DNA of 64,000 nucleotides from Eledone cirrhosa. Its lineage: Eukaryota. The DNA lies in NCBI GenBank assembly GCA_964016885.1, contig OZ024757.1, positions 20,398,001 through 20,462,000 of the forward strand. Reading direction: 5' to 3'. How positions within the stretch are numbered: position 1 is the first letter of the stretch; every line of letters starts with the position of its first letter. Below the pieces are notes generated by a model. That model was not told the DNA's origin. It saw only the letters and a list, made by a program, of their open reading frames with translations, and did no database searches. Positions 1-13,071 of the stretch are shown in pieces. The position numbers and the translations under genes are program-made.

Positions 1-153
1 TCATTGCAATGGCAGGTGTAGTAGTAGTAGTAGTGGAGGAGAAGGTGGAGGTGGATGATAAATATTTTGATGACTAATTCACTTGGAGATTTAAAAAAGA
101 AATTTCTTTTAAGATTCTGCTTTCAGAAGGGCAGTGTGTGTGTATGTGCATTT

Positions 154-187
<34 letters not shown>

Positions 188-189
188 TC

Positions 190-775
190 ATAAATGAATT
201 GAGAGAGAGACTGAGCATAAGAGGAATCAAATGCTGCGTGCAGGAGAGGCGGTTACGCTGGTATGGGCATGTGATGCGTATGAAGGATGACAGCTGCATA
301 AAAAGGTGCAGAGCACTAGAAGTTGATGGAAACCGCGGAGTGGGGAGACCCAAGATGACTTGGGATGAGGTGATAAAAGCCGACCTTACCCAACTACACC
401 TCTCAAAGTCAATGACACACGACCGTGACTTCTGGCGTCACGCAGTAATACAGGGTACCCGACCTCCCATGGGTACATGCTGAAGCATATAAATAATATG
501 CCCCCCCCCCCCCCACCGCAAGGTGGTCGTGGAGGTGCCACGGCAAAAAAGCACCCAGCCCACACTGTAAAGTGGACGTGTAGGCGCCACGAATAAGCAC
601 CCAGCACTCACTGTAAATGAGGTTGGTGTTAGGAAGGGCATCCAGCTGTAGAAATCAAGCCAGATCAGTTCCTGTATGAGCAAGGCATGGTCAGCCGACC
701 AGACACTGCCCACAACAGGACAACCCGTCTAACCCATGCTAGCGTGGAAGAACGGACGTAAAACGGTGATGATGA
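190..775 (+). mobile_element. RTE-clade LINE 3' fragment (ORF C-terminus, 3' UTR, (GAT)n tail)
   Basis: ORF 55-483 contains RRLRWYGHVMRM...GRPKMTWDEVI, followed by the shared 3' UTR core ggttggtgttaggaagggcatccagctgtagaaa and a gatgatgat tail. Confidence 0.85.
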
Positions 776-993
776 TATATATATATGATAATAAGGGCGC
801 TGCGGAGTTGCAAATGGGTTACATATGAAAAAAGTTTGTCCTTCATCAGTGATCTTCCAACCATCATAGGTATTTCATCGCTTTAAAGACCATATACCTC
901 CGGTTGGTGCGAACAACGGCTAAAAAAAGCCGTTGGGACACGTAAATAAAGGGGACGCGAGGGTAAACAAACAAAATGGTGAGGCAACAGAAA

Positions 994-1044
<51 letters not shown>

Positions 1045-1299
1045 TTACACATATATATATATATATATATTTGTATATTTGTATGTAAACATACATAAGC
1101 ATATGGATACACACACACAATCATCATATACATATATATGTGATGATGATAATGATGATGATTGTTTGATTGGACTTTTTGGGGGGCAATGTTTTACAGT
1201 TGGATGCGCTTCCTGACACAACCTTTCTAGTCACATCTCAGGACATGCAGAGATACTGTAGCTATTGTACATATACAAACTTCAGCGTTTTTCTTACAC

Positions 1300-1330
<31 letters not shown>

Positions 1331-1394
1331 TACACACCCGACCCCCCACGAGTACAAGCCAAAGCTGAACCGTATATAAATATGCACCCACACC

Positions 1395-1800
1395 CTCCCA
1401 CTGCAAAAAAGGACCCAGCCCACACTACAAAGTGGTCGTGGAGGTGCCACGGCAAAAGAGGACCCAGCCCACACTGCAAAGTGGACTTGCCACGGCAAAA
1501 AAGGACCCAGCACTCACTGCAAAGTGGACATGGAGGTGCCACGGCAAAAAAGCACCCAGCCCACACTGCAAAGTGGTCGTGGAGGTGCCACGGCAAAAAA
1601 GCACCCAGCACTTACTGTAAATGAGGTTGGTGTTAGGAAGGGCATCCAGCTGTAGAAATCAAGCCAGAATCAGTTCCTGTATGAGCAAGGCATGGTCAGC
1701 CGACCGGACACTGCCCACAACAGGACAACCCGTCTAACCCATGCTAGCATGGAAGAACAGACGTAAAATGGTGATGATGATGATGATGATGATGATGATG
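1395..1800 (+). mobile_element. RTE/SINE 3' UTR fragment with about 4.5 internal 49-bp repeats and (GAT)n tail
   Basis: Same tail as 484-775; repeated aaagtggtcgtggaggtgccacggcaaaaaagcacccagc units. Confidence 0.75.
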
Positions 1801-1926
1801 ACGACACAGATTGAAACAATAGAAAGGAATCTAGGCAACCTTAGAATAAAAGAAGCAATAATCGTAAACAGAATACACCCACAAATCAATAATAGACTGC
1901 AATTAAGCACACAATACCTAACATAG
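1801..1926 (+). pseudogene. Penelope-like element GIY-YIG endonuclease C-terminal remnant
   Basis: Translates to ...NLRIKEAIIVNRIHPQINNR, resembling the LxIxEALxIxxxxPxLN C-terminal motif of PLE GIY-YIG domains. Confidence 0.5.
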
Positions 1927-2285
1927 AACTAGGAATAAAACACCAAACTTAGAAGGCCACTGTAATTATATGTGTAGTAACATGCCTGTATATATGTATG
2001 AGTGCGTTTACATTTGTGCATATGTGTGTGTGTGGGTGTATTTAAAAACAAAAGACGGTGAAAAAATAAAAATAAAATAACAATAATAAAACTACCTCTG
2101 CTAGCATGGTATAGTATGTTCCACTGGACACTGGATTAGTCCCTTTTATTTTGCTCAGAAGCAGAGATTTGAATCTTGAAATATCAAGACTTAATTAAAT
2201 TAAGGTAAAGCACAACACCTTGTTTTCACTCTTTATTCATGTATTTCACATTGTCATGGCTTTCAAACTTCAAATCTTATATATA

Positions 2286-3057
2286 CTAGCAGAAAAACCA
2301 CTCTTCGGGTGGTTTTCTGCTGGCATGTGTAGTGTGTATATTTAATATTATACGCAAGTATATATGCATGTAGATATGATCAAATAAAATCATAATTAAC
2401 AATATACACAGAAATTGAACGAAGACTGTGTTACACTGTCTTATATAATCAGTCACGTAATCCATGATACATTAAAAAAAGACGATATTATATATAAACT
2501 GCATTAGGAGAAAATTAGTGACGGAAATATATGAATATTTATTTAAACGATCACTAACAGGAAGTGTTGACATTTGAAAATTTTAAAGAAGTGAATCTTT
2601 AAATAAGTAATAAAATATATTTAATGAACAGCCGCAAAATTTAGTAGATAAATTATGTAATAATCATTCATTATTTATTCAAATCCTTTCATCCTTACGG
2701 GGTTGATAAAATAAAGTACCAGTAATGCTCTGGGTAATTGCTGGCCTTGTGCCAAAAGTAGAAACAATTATTTATTCAAAGTGGATTGGCAGTATCGGTA
2801 GAGGGTCAGACGCCATGCTTTGATGCATAGAGTTACAGCCCTTGCCATTCTGAGTTCAAATCTCGCCGAGGTTAACTTTGCCTTTCACCCTTCGGGGTCG
2901 ATAAAATAAAGTACCAGTAATGCACTGAGTAATTGCTGGCCTTGTGCCAAATGTAGAAACAATTATTTATTCAAAGTAATCCAACTTATTTTACTAAGGG
3001 GATAAAAAATTATAAACCGTACACACTCCCGCGTTTCTTACTTTATTATAGTTTAGA
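2286..3057 (-). mobile_element. Non-autonomous Helitron (family H1) carrying nested SINE-A copies
   Basis: Reverse complement of 57259-57728: TC start, 3' hairpin and CTAG end, inserted at A|T. SINE-A sequence lies at about 2684-2965. Confidence 0.8.
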
Positions 3058-3661
3058 TATATATGAATCTTTTTCGTGGCAAAATTATAAAGTCTACCTT
3101 GACTATTTCTGAGATAAACCAATTTAAGAATGCCAGTATTTCAGACAGGAATACGAAGATAGATATTTTTAGAAACAATTACTTCCCCAGTCAACTCTAA
3201 GGTCATTCAACCATTCAAACCAATCCCATGTTCAGTTGACAGTGACTATCACCACAACAGATTGCTACCACACCTATCCCGCCTTCTTCTTCTTCTCCCT
3301 CTCCTTACTACTACCAGATGAAGCCAAGCAGCCAGAACCAAAAATTTAAACTACTACTACCACCTCTGTTGGTCAACTAGCAGAGAATGAAGAATAGCCT
3401 CTGACAGAAACTTGACCTTTCCTCTCTAAATATGTGTGTAAAAACTAATAATTTCTCTTCTCCATTTTATTACTATTCGTATAAATATGCAATTTAACTA
3501 CACTTTGCATATCCGTTGTTGGAAAAACATATAATGCTGAAACCGGTACTACTATTAAATGTGGAAATACCCACTTTATAAAAAAATGTTTTGATATTAT
3601 ACGGAAAAAATCCCTCCAGCATTTTCTATTTTATTTATTTTTTTCCTTTTTGCTATTTGCT

Positions 3662-3940
3662 TCATCATCATCAACGTTTAACGTCCGTGTTCCACGCTTG
3701 CATGGGTTTGGACGGGGGTTTTCCCAATTGAGGCAAGAGTGTTTGTCTTGCTCGCATAGGACTATCTGGCGGGTTTTCTGCAGCTGGATGCCCTTCCTAA
3801 CACCAACCACATTTACAGTGTGGGGTTGGGAGGTTTTTACCGTGTTGCCTACACGGCCACATTACAGCGTGGACTGTGTTTTTTGTCGTGACACCTACAC
3901 GATCTCATTTGTTTCGGCCTGGATGGTGTGGCACCAACAT
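3662..3940 (-). mobile_element. RTE LINE 3' UTR fragment
   Basis: Reverse complement of the 3' UTR at 37430-37725 and 41140-41450. Confidence 0.75.
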
Positions 3941-3959
3941 ATATATCAACTCATGTGCC

Positions 3960-4220
3960 ACTTTAAACATAGATTGACATGTTTATCCCTCCTTTCTGAA
4001 ACAGTACAGAGAAGTACGGAATACCTCGGCCTGGAGGGAAGCCATAGTAGAGGTAGGTAAAAAAAGGCCTGGGTAGAGATAGTGAGAGCTGACCTCAAAT
4101 GGCTGAAACTCACAGAAGGAGATGACGAAGAAATGTGGTGAGTGGAGAGATGCTGTGTTAAAAAGGATTGGTCCGACCCATGCAAGCATGGCAAAAAGGA
4201 CATGATGGTGGTGATGATTT
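3960..4220 (+). mobile_element. RTE LINE 3' fragment
   Basis: Homologous to 35650-35915 (GR..KKAWVEIVRADL-type C-terminus and tail). Confidence 0.65.
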
Positions 4221-4780
4221 CAGCAATGACCAGTTATTCTTATTCAAAGAGAGAACCCCCGAACCATATAGTAAAAAAGTGAACTTCTTAACCACAGAGT
4301 CATGCTGTATTAATCTACCCTGGATGACACAAAAACACATATGTTTCTGGAGCATAAATATCCGAAATATTTCAGCAGCGACCAATTATTGTTGTTTTAA
4401 AGAGAGATGACATTTCACTGAAATGAGATCAATTTAGAAACCATTTTGCCTCAGCGAAGAAACCTGTCTTAGAACCATTAACTTCAAAGTGATTCCATGT
4501 AAACCCTCCTTGACCTTTTCAAGTGACAACTTTATCAATTCATATCCCATCTTCAATTCAGTTTATATATATGCATACACACACACACATGTATTTATGT
4601 ATATGTGAATGTATATAGATGTATGTATATCATCATACACCTGTTTTCTCGTGTGTGTGTGTGTGTGTGTGTTTTCTTCTTAGTGTTGATGGTGCAGAAT
4701 CTTGAAACAGTTTAACATTTGCAAAGAGGTTCTTTCACCATTTTCTATCACTTGAGGAAACAGATATATTGACAGCTAAC

Positions 4781-4795
<15 letters not shown>

Positions 4796-4875
<80 letters not shown>
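4796..4875. repeat. (GA)n microsatellite
   Basis: About 40 perfect GA units. Confidence 0.95.
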
Positions 4876-4878
<3 letters not shown>

Positions 4879-5197
4879 CACATGGCTTAGTGGTTAGAGC
4901 ATTGGTTTTACAATCGAAAGATTGTGAGTTCAATTCTCAGACCGGGTGATGTGTTGTTTCCTTGAGCAAGACACTTTATTTCACATTGCTCCAGTTTACT
5001 CAGCTGTAGAAATGAGATGATAGGGACCGGGGTCCATATCATTCCACTGCAAAGTGGTCGTGGAGGTGCCACGGAAAAAAAAGTACCTAGCACTCACTGT
5101 AAATGAGGTTGGTGTTAGGAAGGGCATCCAGCTGTAGAAATCAAGCCAGAATCAGTTTCCGTCCCACTCTTGCAAGCAGGGAAAAGCGGACGTAAAA

Positions 5198-5230
<33 letters not shown>
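4874..5230 (+). mobile_element. tRNA-derived SINE family B (tRNA head, central core, RTE-like tail)
   Basis: A box tggcttagtgg, B box gagttcaattc, core ccttgagcaagacacttt, 3' tail shared with RTE LINEs, (GAT)n end. Confidence 0.85.
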
Positions 5231-5232
<2 letters not shown>

Positions 5233-5415
5233 ATATATATATATATGTGTGTATAATAAACAACATAAGATGATTATTTCATTTACCAGTGGTTTCTTGA
5301 AAGCAAATAAATCTGCTTTCAGTCGTCAGAATGAAAAAAATCCTGATGTTTTTATTGAATGTGGATTTTTACCCACATTCAATAAAAACGCCATTATTTC
5401 ACCTTTTCATATAAA

Positions 5416-5758
5416 TCTAAACTATAATAAAGTAAGGAGTGCGGGACTGCGTACGGTTTATAATTTTTTATCCCATTAGTAAAATAAGTTGGATTACTTT
5501 GAATAAATAATTGTTTCTACGTTAGGCACAAGGCCAGCAATTACCCAGTGCATTACTGGTACTTTATTTGATTGACCCCGTAAGGATGAAAGGCAAAGTT
5601 AACCTTGGCAGGATTTGAACTCAGAAAGGCAAGGGCTGTAACTCTATACGTCAAAGCATGGTATCCGACCCTCTACCAATACTGCCAATCCACCGCCCCT
5701 TGAATAAATAATGAATGATTATTACATAATTTATCTACTAAGGGTGGTTTTCTGCTAG
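5416..5758 (+). mobile_element. Internally deleted Helitron H1 with SINE-A inserted at 5512-5699
   Basis: a|tctaaactataataaag start and ttttctgctag|t end. The SINE is flanked by the direct repeat ttgaataaataat (5499-5511 and 5700-5712). Confidence 0.8.
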
Positions 5759-5842
5759 TATATATAATTGGAAAAGAGTCTTAACATTTTGGACACTAGT
5801 CCTTCATCTGAAAATAGAATGAGAAATAAAAGATGATATATA

Positions 5843-8240
5843 TCATCATCATCATCATCGTTTAACATCCATTTTTCCACGATAGCATGAGTTAGATGGG
5901 TTGTCTCGTTAGAAGCTGATATGGGACTGTTTCTGGCTAGATTTCTATAGCTGGATTTACAGTGTGGGCTGGGAGATTTTTGTTATGACACCTACATAAC
6001 CACTTTAGAGTGTGGGCTGGGAGATTTTTGTTATGACATCTACATAACCACTTTACAGTGTGGGCTGGGAGATTTTTGTTATGACACCTACATAACCACT
6101 TTAGAGTGTGGGCTGGGAGATTTTTGTTATGACACCTACATAACCACTTTACAGTGTGGGCTGGGAGATTTTTGTTATGACATCTACATAACCACTTTAC
6201 AGTGTGGGCTGGGAGATTTTTGTTATGACACCTACATAACCACTTTACAGTGTGGGCTGGGAGATTTTTGTTGACACCTACATAACCACTTTACAGTGTG
6301 GGCTGGGTGATTTTTGTTATGACACCTACATAACCACTTTACAGTGTGGGCTGGGAGATTTTTGTTATGACACCTACATAACCATTTTACAGTGTGGGCT
6401 GGGAGATTTTTGTTGACACCTACATAACCACTTTACAGTGTGGGCTAGGAGATTTTTGTTATGACACCTACATAACCACTTTACAGTGTGGGCTGGGAGA
6501 TTTTTGTTATGACATCTACATAACCACTTTACAGTGTGGGCTGGGTGCTTTTTGTTATGACATCTACATAACCACTTTACAGTGTGGGCTGGGAGATTTT
6601 TGTTAAGACACCTACATACCCACTTTACAGTGTGGGCTGGGAGATTTTTGTTATGACACCTACATAACCACTTTACAGTGTGGGCTGGGAGATTTTTGTT
6701 ATGACACCTACATACCCACTTTACAGTGTGGGCTGGGTGCTTTTTGTTATGACACCTACATAACCACTTTACAGTGTGGGCTGGGAGATTTTTGTTATGA
6801 CATCTACATAACCACTTTACAGTGTGGGCTGGGAGATTTTTGTTATGACACCTACATAACCACTTTACAGTGTGGGCTGGGAGATTTTTGTTATGACACC
6901 TACATAACCACTTTACAGTGTGGGCTGGGAGATTTTTGTTATGACACCTACATAACCACTTTACAGTGTGGGCTGGGTGCTTTTTGTTATGACATCTACA
7001 TAACCACTTTACAGTGTGGGCTGGGTGCTTTTTGTTATGACACCTACATAACCACTTTACAGTGTGGGCTGGGAGATTTTTGTTATGACACCTACATAAC
7101 CACTTTAAAGTGTGGGCTGGGAGACTTTTGTTATGACACCTACATAACCACTTTAGAGTGTGGGCTGGGAGATTTTTGTTATGACATCTACATAACCACT
7201 TTACAGTGTGGGCTGGGAGATTTTTGTTATGACACCTACATAACCACTTTACAGTGTGGGCTGGGAGATTTTTGTTATGACACCTACATAACCACTTTAC
7301 AGTGTGGGCTGGGAGATTTTTGTTATGACACCTACATAACCACTTTACAGTGTGGGCTGGGTGCTTTTTGTTATGACATCTACATAACCACTTTACAGTG
7401 TGGGCTGGGTGCTTTTTGTTATGACACCTACATAACCACTTTACAGTGTGGGCTGGGAGATTTTTGTTATGACACCTACATAACCACTTTACAGTGTGGG
7501 CTGGGAGATTTTTGTTATGACACCTACATAACCACTTTCCAGTGTGGGCTGGGAGATTTTTGTTATGACACATGCACAACCACTTTACAGTGTGGGCTGG
7601 GTGCTTTTTGTTATGACACCTACATAACCACTTTACAGTGTGGGCTGGGAGATTTTTGTTGACACCTACACGACCATTTTACAGTGTGGGCTGGATGTTT
7701 TTGTGCTACCAACATAACTTTATTGAGTAAGGGTGGTGTGAGTGGAAGTTGGAGGGTGGTGTGGGAGGATGTAAGGAAGGGGGTATAGTGATTAAAAGGT
7801 GCCGACTGGATGTATGTTTGAGTTTGTGTGTACACGTGAAGGCGGGTCTTCTCTATTACTGCACAATGCCAATAATCTCGATCCTGTGTCATTGTCTTTG
7901 AGAGGTGCAAGTGTGCAAGGTCAGCGTTTATTACTCCATAGCTTCCATCAATTTTGATCGCCATGCACTTTTTTTATACAGCTGTCGTCCTTCATATGCA
8001 TCACATGACCATACCAATGCAATATCCTCTTTAAAATACTGCAGATGATCCCTCTAATGCCTAATTTCTCAGTTCATTTTTTCTTTGCCATTTGTGTATA
8101 TTTACTATTACACGTCCATCAGAGCATGAAAGCTTCATTTCTTTCCAATTTTTGCAGCCCCTCTGCACACAGTGCCCAGGTCTCACTTCACTACCATGCA
8201 ACATTGCTGTTCGTATACAAGCATCGTACAAGCTGCCCTA
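5843..8240 (-). mobile_element. RTE LINE 3' portion whose 3' UTR has expanded into a minisatellite
   Basis: Degenerate RT C-terminus at 7835-8240 (AIKIDGS...LHLSKTMTQDRDYW, like 36093-37313); tail read as catcatcat on + at 5843-5860. Confidence 0.75.
5956..7705. repeat. 48-bp minisatellite, about 36 copies
   Basis: Unit accactttacagtgtgggctgggagatttttgttatgacacctacata; 16-aa periodic ORF. Confidence 0.95.
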
Positions 8241-8669
8241 GACAGTCAGACATATTTTGTCCCGAAATAATTAATTAACTTATAAGTGAAATATTTCATA
8301 GCATTCGTAAATAAGATATCTTTTGAAAATAAATGTTGCTTTATATTTTTTTACTTTGTATCTGACACCAAGAGATCTGTGAAACTCCTCAATATTACAT
8401 ACAAAAATGTTTTCTGAGAGAAAAAAAAAAAATGAAGTACTTCTGTATCTGTGTGTGTGTATGGGCGTGGTGGAGTGGTGGTGGTGTCATCATTCAGATT
8501 TTTATGATAAACAAAGATAAGACCCTGCAGGCAAAATAACAAGTTATATTTATTTCATAGTGAGTTACATTTTTAAGCAGTGGGGTGAGAGAGCAGAGTC
8601 TAAATTTAGACAAAAATCTATCTCTAGTTCTGTCTTTTTAGCTGTAGATGTTTTTCTATGTACCTGTGC

Positions 8670-8753
8670 AAATACACACACACACACACACATATATATA
8701 CACATACATATACAAATACATATATATATACATACATATTCATATATATACAA

Positions 8754-8790
<37 letters not shown>

Positions 8791-8876
8791 TACATACATA
8801 TACAAATACATATATATATATATATTTTCATATATTCATATATATATATATATTCATATATTCATATATATACAAA

Positions 8877-8912
<36 letters not shown>

Positions 8913-8924
8913 TATATATACAAA

Positions 8925-8970
<46 letters not shown>

Positions 8971-8985
8971 TATATATACAAATGC

Positions 8986-9040
<55 letters not shown>

Positions 9041-9109
9041 CATATATTCATATATATACAAATGCATATATATACATATATTCATATATATACAAATGCA
9101 TATGTATAC

Positions 9110-9142
<33 letters not shown>

Positions 9143-9248
9143 TATATATATATATATATATATATTTATTTATATATATTCCCACCCTTGCAAGCATGGA
9201 AAAGCGGACGTAAAATGATGATGATGATGATTCATATATATATATATA

Positions 9249-9298
<50 letters not shown>

Positions 9299-9350
9299 AA
9301 TAATATGAACATAGATACATACATACATACATGCGTACATACATACATCT
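8670..9350. repeat. (TA)n/(TACA)n compound microsatellite
   Basis: Direct inspection. Confidence 0.9.
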
Positions 9351-9484
9351 CGTTGATGCTATTTACAAGAAATAAGTGTATATGTTTGTGGATGGCTGCT
9401 GTTATGATAAGACAATCTTAAGAGATGGCATAAGAATCATAATTCTCAAAACCTATAAGGCACGATCTGTGGAATCTATATGGG

Positions 9485-9945
9485 TGACGGTGGTGGTGGT
9501 GTTGTGGTGGTGGTGTTGTATGGTGTTGTTATTGTGGTGGTGGTGTTGTATGGTGTTGTTGGTGGTGGTAGTGGTGTTGTTGGTGGTGGTGGTGGTGGTG
9601 TTGTATGGTGTTGGTGGTGGTGTTGATGGTGGTGGTGGTGTTGTTGTTGTTGGTGTTGTTGTGATGGTGTTGTATGGTGGTGGTCGTAGTGATGGTGGTG
9701 TTGTGGCAGTGATGGTGGTGTTGTGGTGGTGTTGGTGGTGTTGATGGTGGTGGTGTTGTTGTTGGTGGTGGTGTTGATGGTGATGGTGGTGTTCTGGTAG
9801 AGATGGTGGTGTTGTGGTAGTGATGGTCGTGGTGGTGGTGATGGTGGTGTTGTGGTGGTGGTGGTCGTAGTGATGGTGGTGTTGTGGTGGTGGTGGTGAT
9901 GGCGGTGGTGTTGGTGGTGTAGTGATAGTGGTGTTATAGTTGGTG
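9485..9945. repeat. Cryptic (GGT/TGT)n trinucleotide repeat
   Basis: Direct inspection. Confidence 0.9.
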
Positions 9946-10000
9946 ACACACTTAACTAATAGATATCAAGTAGCACTGGCTTGACTACTTAGTAATAACT

Positions 10001-10049
<49 letters not shown>

Positions 10050-10241
10050 TATATATACATATATATATATGTATATACATATACATAAAGAGAGTCTGCA
10101 ATACTGAATAGGCAAGCCGAAACCGTTTGGTGCCACAGTTGGGTTTTTACATATACATATATATATACATATACATGTTTTTATATATATATATATATAT
10201 ATATAGATATACAAACACACTCACACAAATCTTTTTCTTAA

Positions 10242-11099
10242 CCCTTTAGCATTCACATTACTCTATATATACTATTATATTTTCATGGTAAAGGCTTTAC
10301 CTCACATAATATCTCACTGGAACAAACTACCTGCGTCAATTGTTAGCTGCCGAGACACTGCATCCTTTAAGACACTCATGCTTCCCGAAATACGCCAAAA
10401 CTACACCTGATGTGCCCCTTCCATACACATGCACACATGTGTGCACTGTTCATTTTACTGATGTTTGTGCATTGCCCTATGTACTGTACATGCACTTTTT
10501 TGATGGGTTGTGGTGCACAATATTTCATTATTATTATTGTTATTATATCATGACTCATACACTGTTTATTTTCCTGACATTTGTACATTATTCTATGTAC
10601 TATACATGCACCTTTGATGAGTTGTAGTGCACCTGAGCACTGTACACAATAATTTCATTATTATTATTATAACATTCACATTACTCTATACATACTATTA
10701 TATTTTCATGGTAAAGGTTTACCTCACATAATATCTCACATAACATTCACATTACTCTATATATACTATTATATTTTCATGGTAAAGGCTTTACCTCACA
10801 TAATATCTCACATAACATTCACATTACTCTATACATACTATTATATTTTCATGGTAAAGGCTTTACCTCACATAATATCTCACATAGTATTCACATTACT
10901 CTATATATACTATTATATTTTCATGGTAAAGGCTTTACCTCACATAATTATCTCACATAATATCGAATCTGTGAGATTTTGAAAGTATTTCTTTTGAGAA
11001 CAATACCTTAACATCAGTATAAGCGACCAGTTACAGCCAGTTTCAACAGAATAAGGTAGAGAATTCTGGCCGGTTTTGGCCGGTTTGTACATTAAAGGG
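10242..11099 (+). mobile_element. piggyBac-type MITE with internal ~60-70 bp repeats, interrupted by a CR1 3' end
   Basis: ttaa|ccctttagc ... ttaaaggg|ttaa termini with TTAA on both sides; same family as 47531-48194. Confidence 0.75.
10317..10670 (+). mobile_element. CR1-type LINE 3' end nested in the MITE
   Basis: Nearly identical to 52051-52435; (ATT)n tail. Confidence 0.75.
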
Positions 11100-11902
11100 T
11101 TAAAAGAGAAAAAAATATGAATGTAACTCTTAACATCATGTAATGATTTAGCAGAAAATGTCTCTAAATAGATTTGTTAATTCAAATTTTTACTAGTGGA
11201 CAAATCACTGAGGAAAATGTTAGTATTAGAGCAAAAACCTTAGGAAGGGTGCCCAGCTGTAGAAACCAAACCAAACCAAACCAAAACAATGTGTACAAGC
11301 AGGGCCTGACTGGTTTAACCTCAGCACACAACAGCTGTCTGATGATGATGATAATGATGATGCAGCTATAGTGATGTTTTGTACCTTTCCAAGAATGTCT
11401 TCCTAATGTGGGTTTTATGTGGTAGAGGACATTAATAGTACATTTTTAATACTGATACGATTGGTTTACAATATTTACAATGTTGACTTTCTCCAAATAA
11501 ATCCAAAATAGACTGGGTTCAGTTCATTTCTACATCAACATTTCGATGGTGACATGGGTTGGACACAACATTTTGTAGCAATGTTTTACAGCCAGATGCC
11601 CTTCTTGATACCAACCCTTTCAGACACGTCCTACAACATGCAGGGATACGGTTTACTTATTCTAAACCAGATATACATGGGTATAAATGCAATTCAGAAA
11701 ATTTAATTCAAATAAAAGCCCTTTAAAATGAGTGATTTTCATTTGTAGAACCAAATCTGGTTTTGGCCATATTGGTATCAAATGGCTTAAAGAAGAATTT
11801 TGAGAGGTTTACTAAAATTATTCATTATTCCATTACTAAAATAGTAACATAACATATGATTCTTATATAAAATTATGCTAGTAGATTTTAATGTTAAAAT
11901 GG

Positions 11903-12783
11903 GTGGTTTTGGCCAAGCTGGTATCAAAAGCAGAGCCTGGTTTTGGCCAAGCTGGTATCAAAAGCAGAGCCTGGTATTGGCCAGCCTGGTATCAAAAGCA
12001 GAGCCTGGTTTAGGCCAGACTGGTATCAAAAGCTGAGCCTGGTATTAAAAGCAGAGCCTGGCTTTGGCCAAGCTGGTATTAAAAGCAGAGCCTGGTTTTG
12101 GCAAGACTGGTATCAAAAGCTGAGCCTGGTATTAAAAGCAGAGCCTGGCTTTGGCCAAGCTGGTATTAAAAGCAGAGCCTGGTTTTGGCCAAGCTGGTAT
12201 CAAAAACAGAGCCTGGTTTTGGCCAAGCTGGTATCAAAAGCAGAGCCTGGTTTTGGCCAAGCTGGTATCAAAAGCAGAGCCTGGTTTTGGCCAAGCTGGT
12301 ATCAAAAGCAGAGCCTGGTTTTGGCCAAGCTGGTATCAAAAGCAGAGCCTGGTTTTGGCCAAGCTGGTATCAAAAGCAGAGCCTGGTTTTGGCCAAGCTG
12401 GTATCAAAAGCAGAGCCTGGTTTTGGCCAGCCTGGTATCAAAAGCAGAGCCTGGTTTTGGCCAGCCTGGTATCAAAAGCAGAGCCTGGTTTTGGCAAGGC
12501 TGGTATCAAAAGCAGAGCCTGGTTTTGGCCAGCCTGGTATCAAAAGCTGAGCCTGGTATCAAAAGCAGAGCCTGGTTTTGGCCAGCCTGGTATCAAAAGC
12601 AGAGCCTGGTTTAGGCCAGACTGGTATCAAAAGCTGAGCCTGGTATCAAAAGCTGAGCCTGGTATCAAAAGCAGAGCCTGGTATCAAAAGCAGAGCCTGG
12701 TATCAAAAGCAGAGCCTGGTTTTGGCCAGCTTGGTATCAAAAGCAGAGCCTGGTTTTGGCCAGCCTGGTATCAAAGGAGTTAA
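11903..12783. repeat. 34-bp minisatellite (about 25 copies) derived from a MITE end
   Basis: Unit gcctggttttggccaagctggtatcaaaagcaga; the array ends in tatcaaaggagttaa; a single-copy relative lies at about 26040-26082. Confidence 0.9.
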
Positions 12784-13071
12784 TGAAAATGTAGGCTATA
12801 GCTTAGCTCTATTGTAGGTTTCAGTTTTACTAACATGCCCAATCATACAACCTTGGGTGAGACACTACAACGAGATGTGTCAACCCACAGATAATCAGAT
12901 ATTTTACCCTTAGTCTATGTATGATATCAATTATGTTATTAATAATAAATACTGTCTGAAGATCTAGAGGTGATATATATTTTTGGCAACGTCACCATTC
13001 TATAAGTGAAATGTCTTGATAAAGAACATATTTTCAGAATATGATGATAATAATAATAATAATAATAATAA

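Noticed and set aside
830-860. CTGATGA on the minus strand as a hammerhead
   Set aside because: No properly placed GAAA or stems found
4874-4950. tRNA gene
   Set aside because: A and B boxes only; it continues into SINE core and tail and is repeated many times
6374-7579. 401-aa Cys/His-rich ORF resembling a zinc-finger protein
   Set aside because: Translation of the 48-bp minisatellite inside a LINE 3' UTR
8560-9421. Ile/Tyr-rich ORFs here and at 24267-25037, 41852-42655 and 44924-45744
   Set aside because: Microsatellite translations
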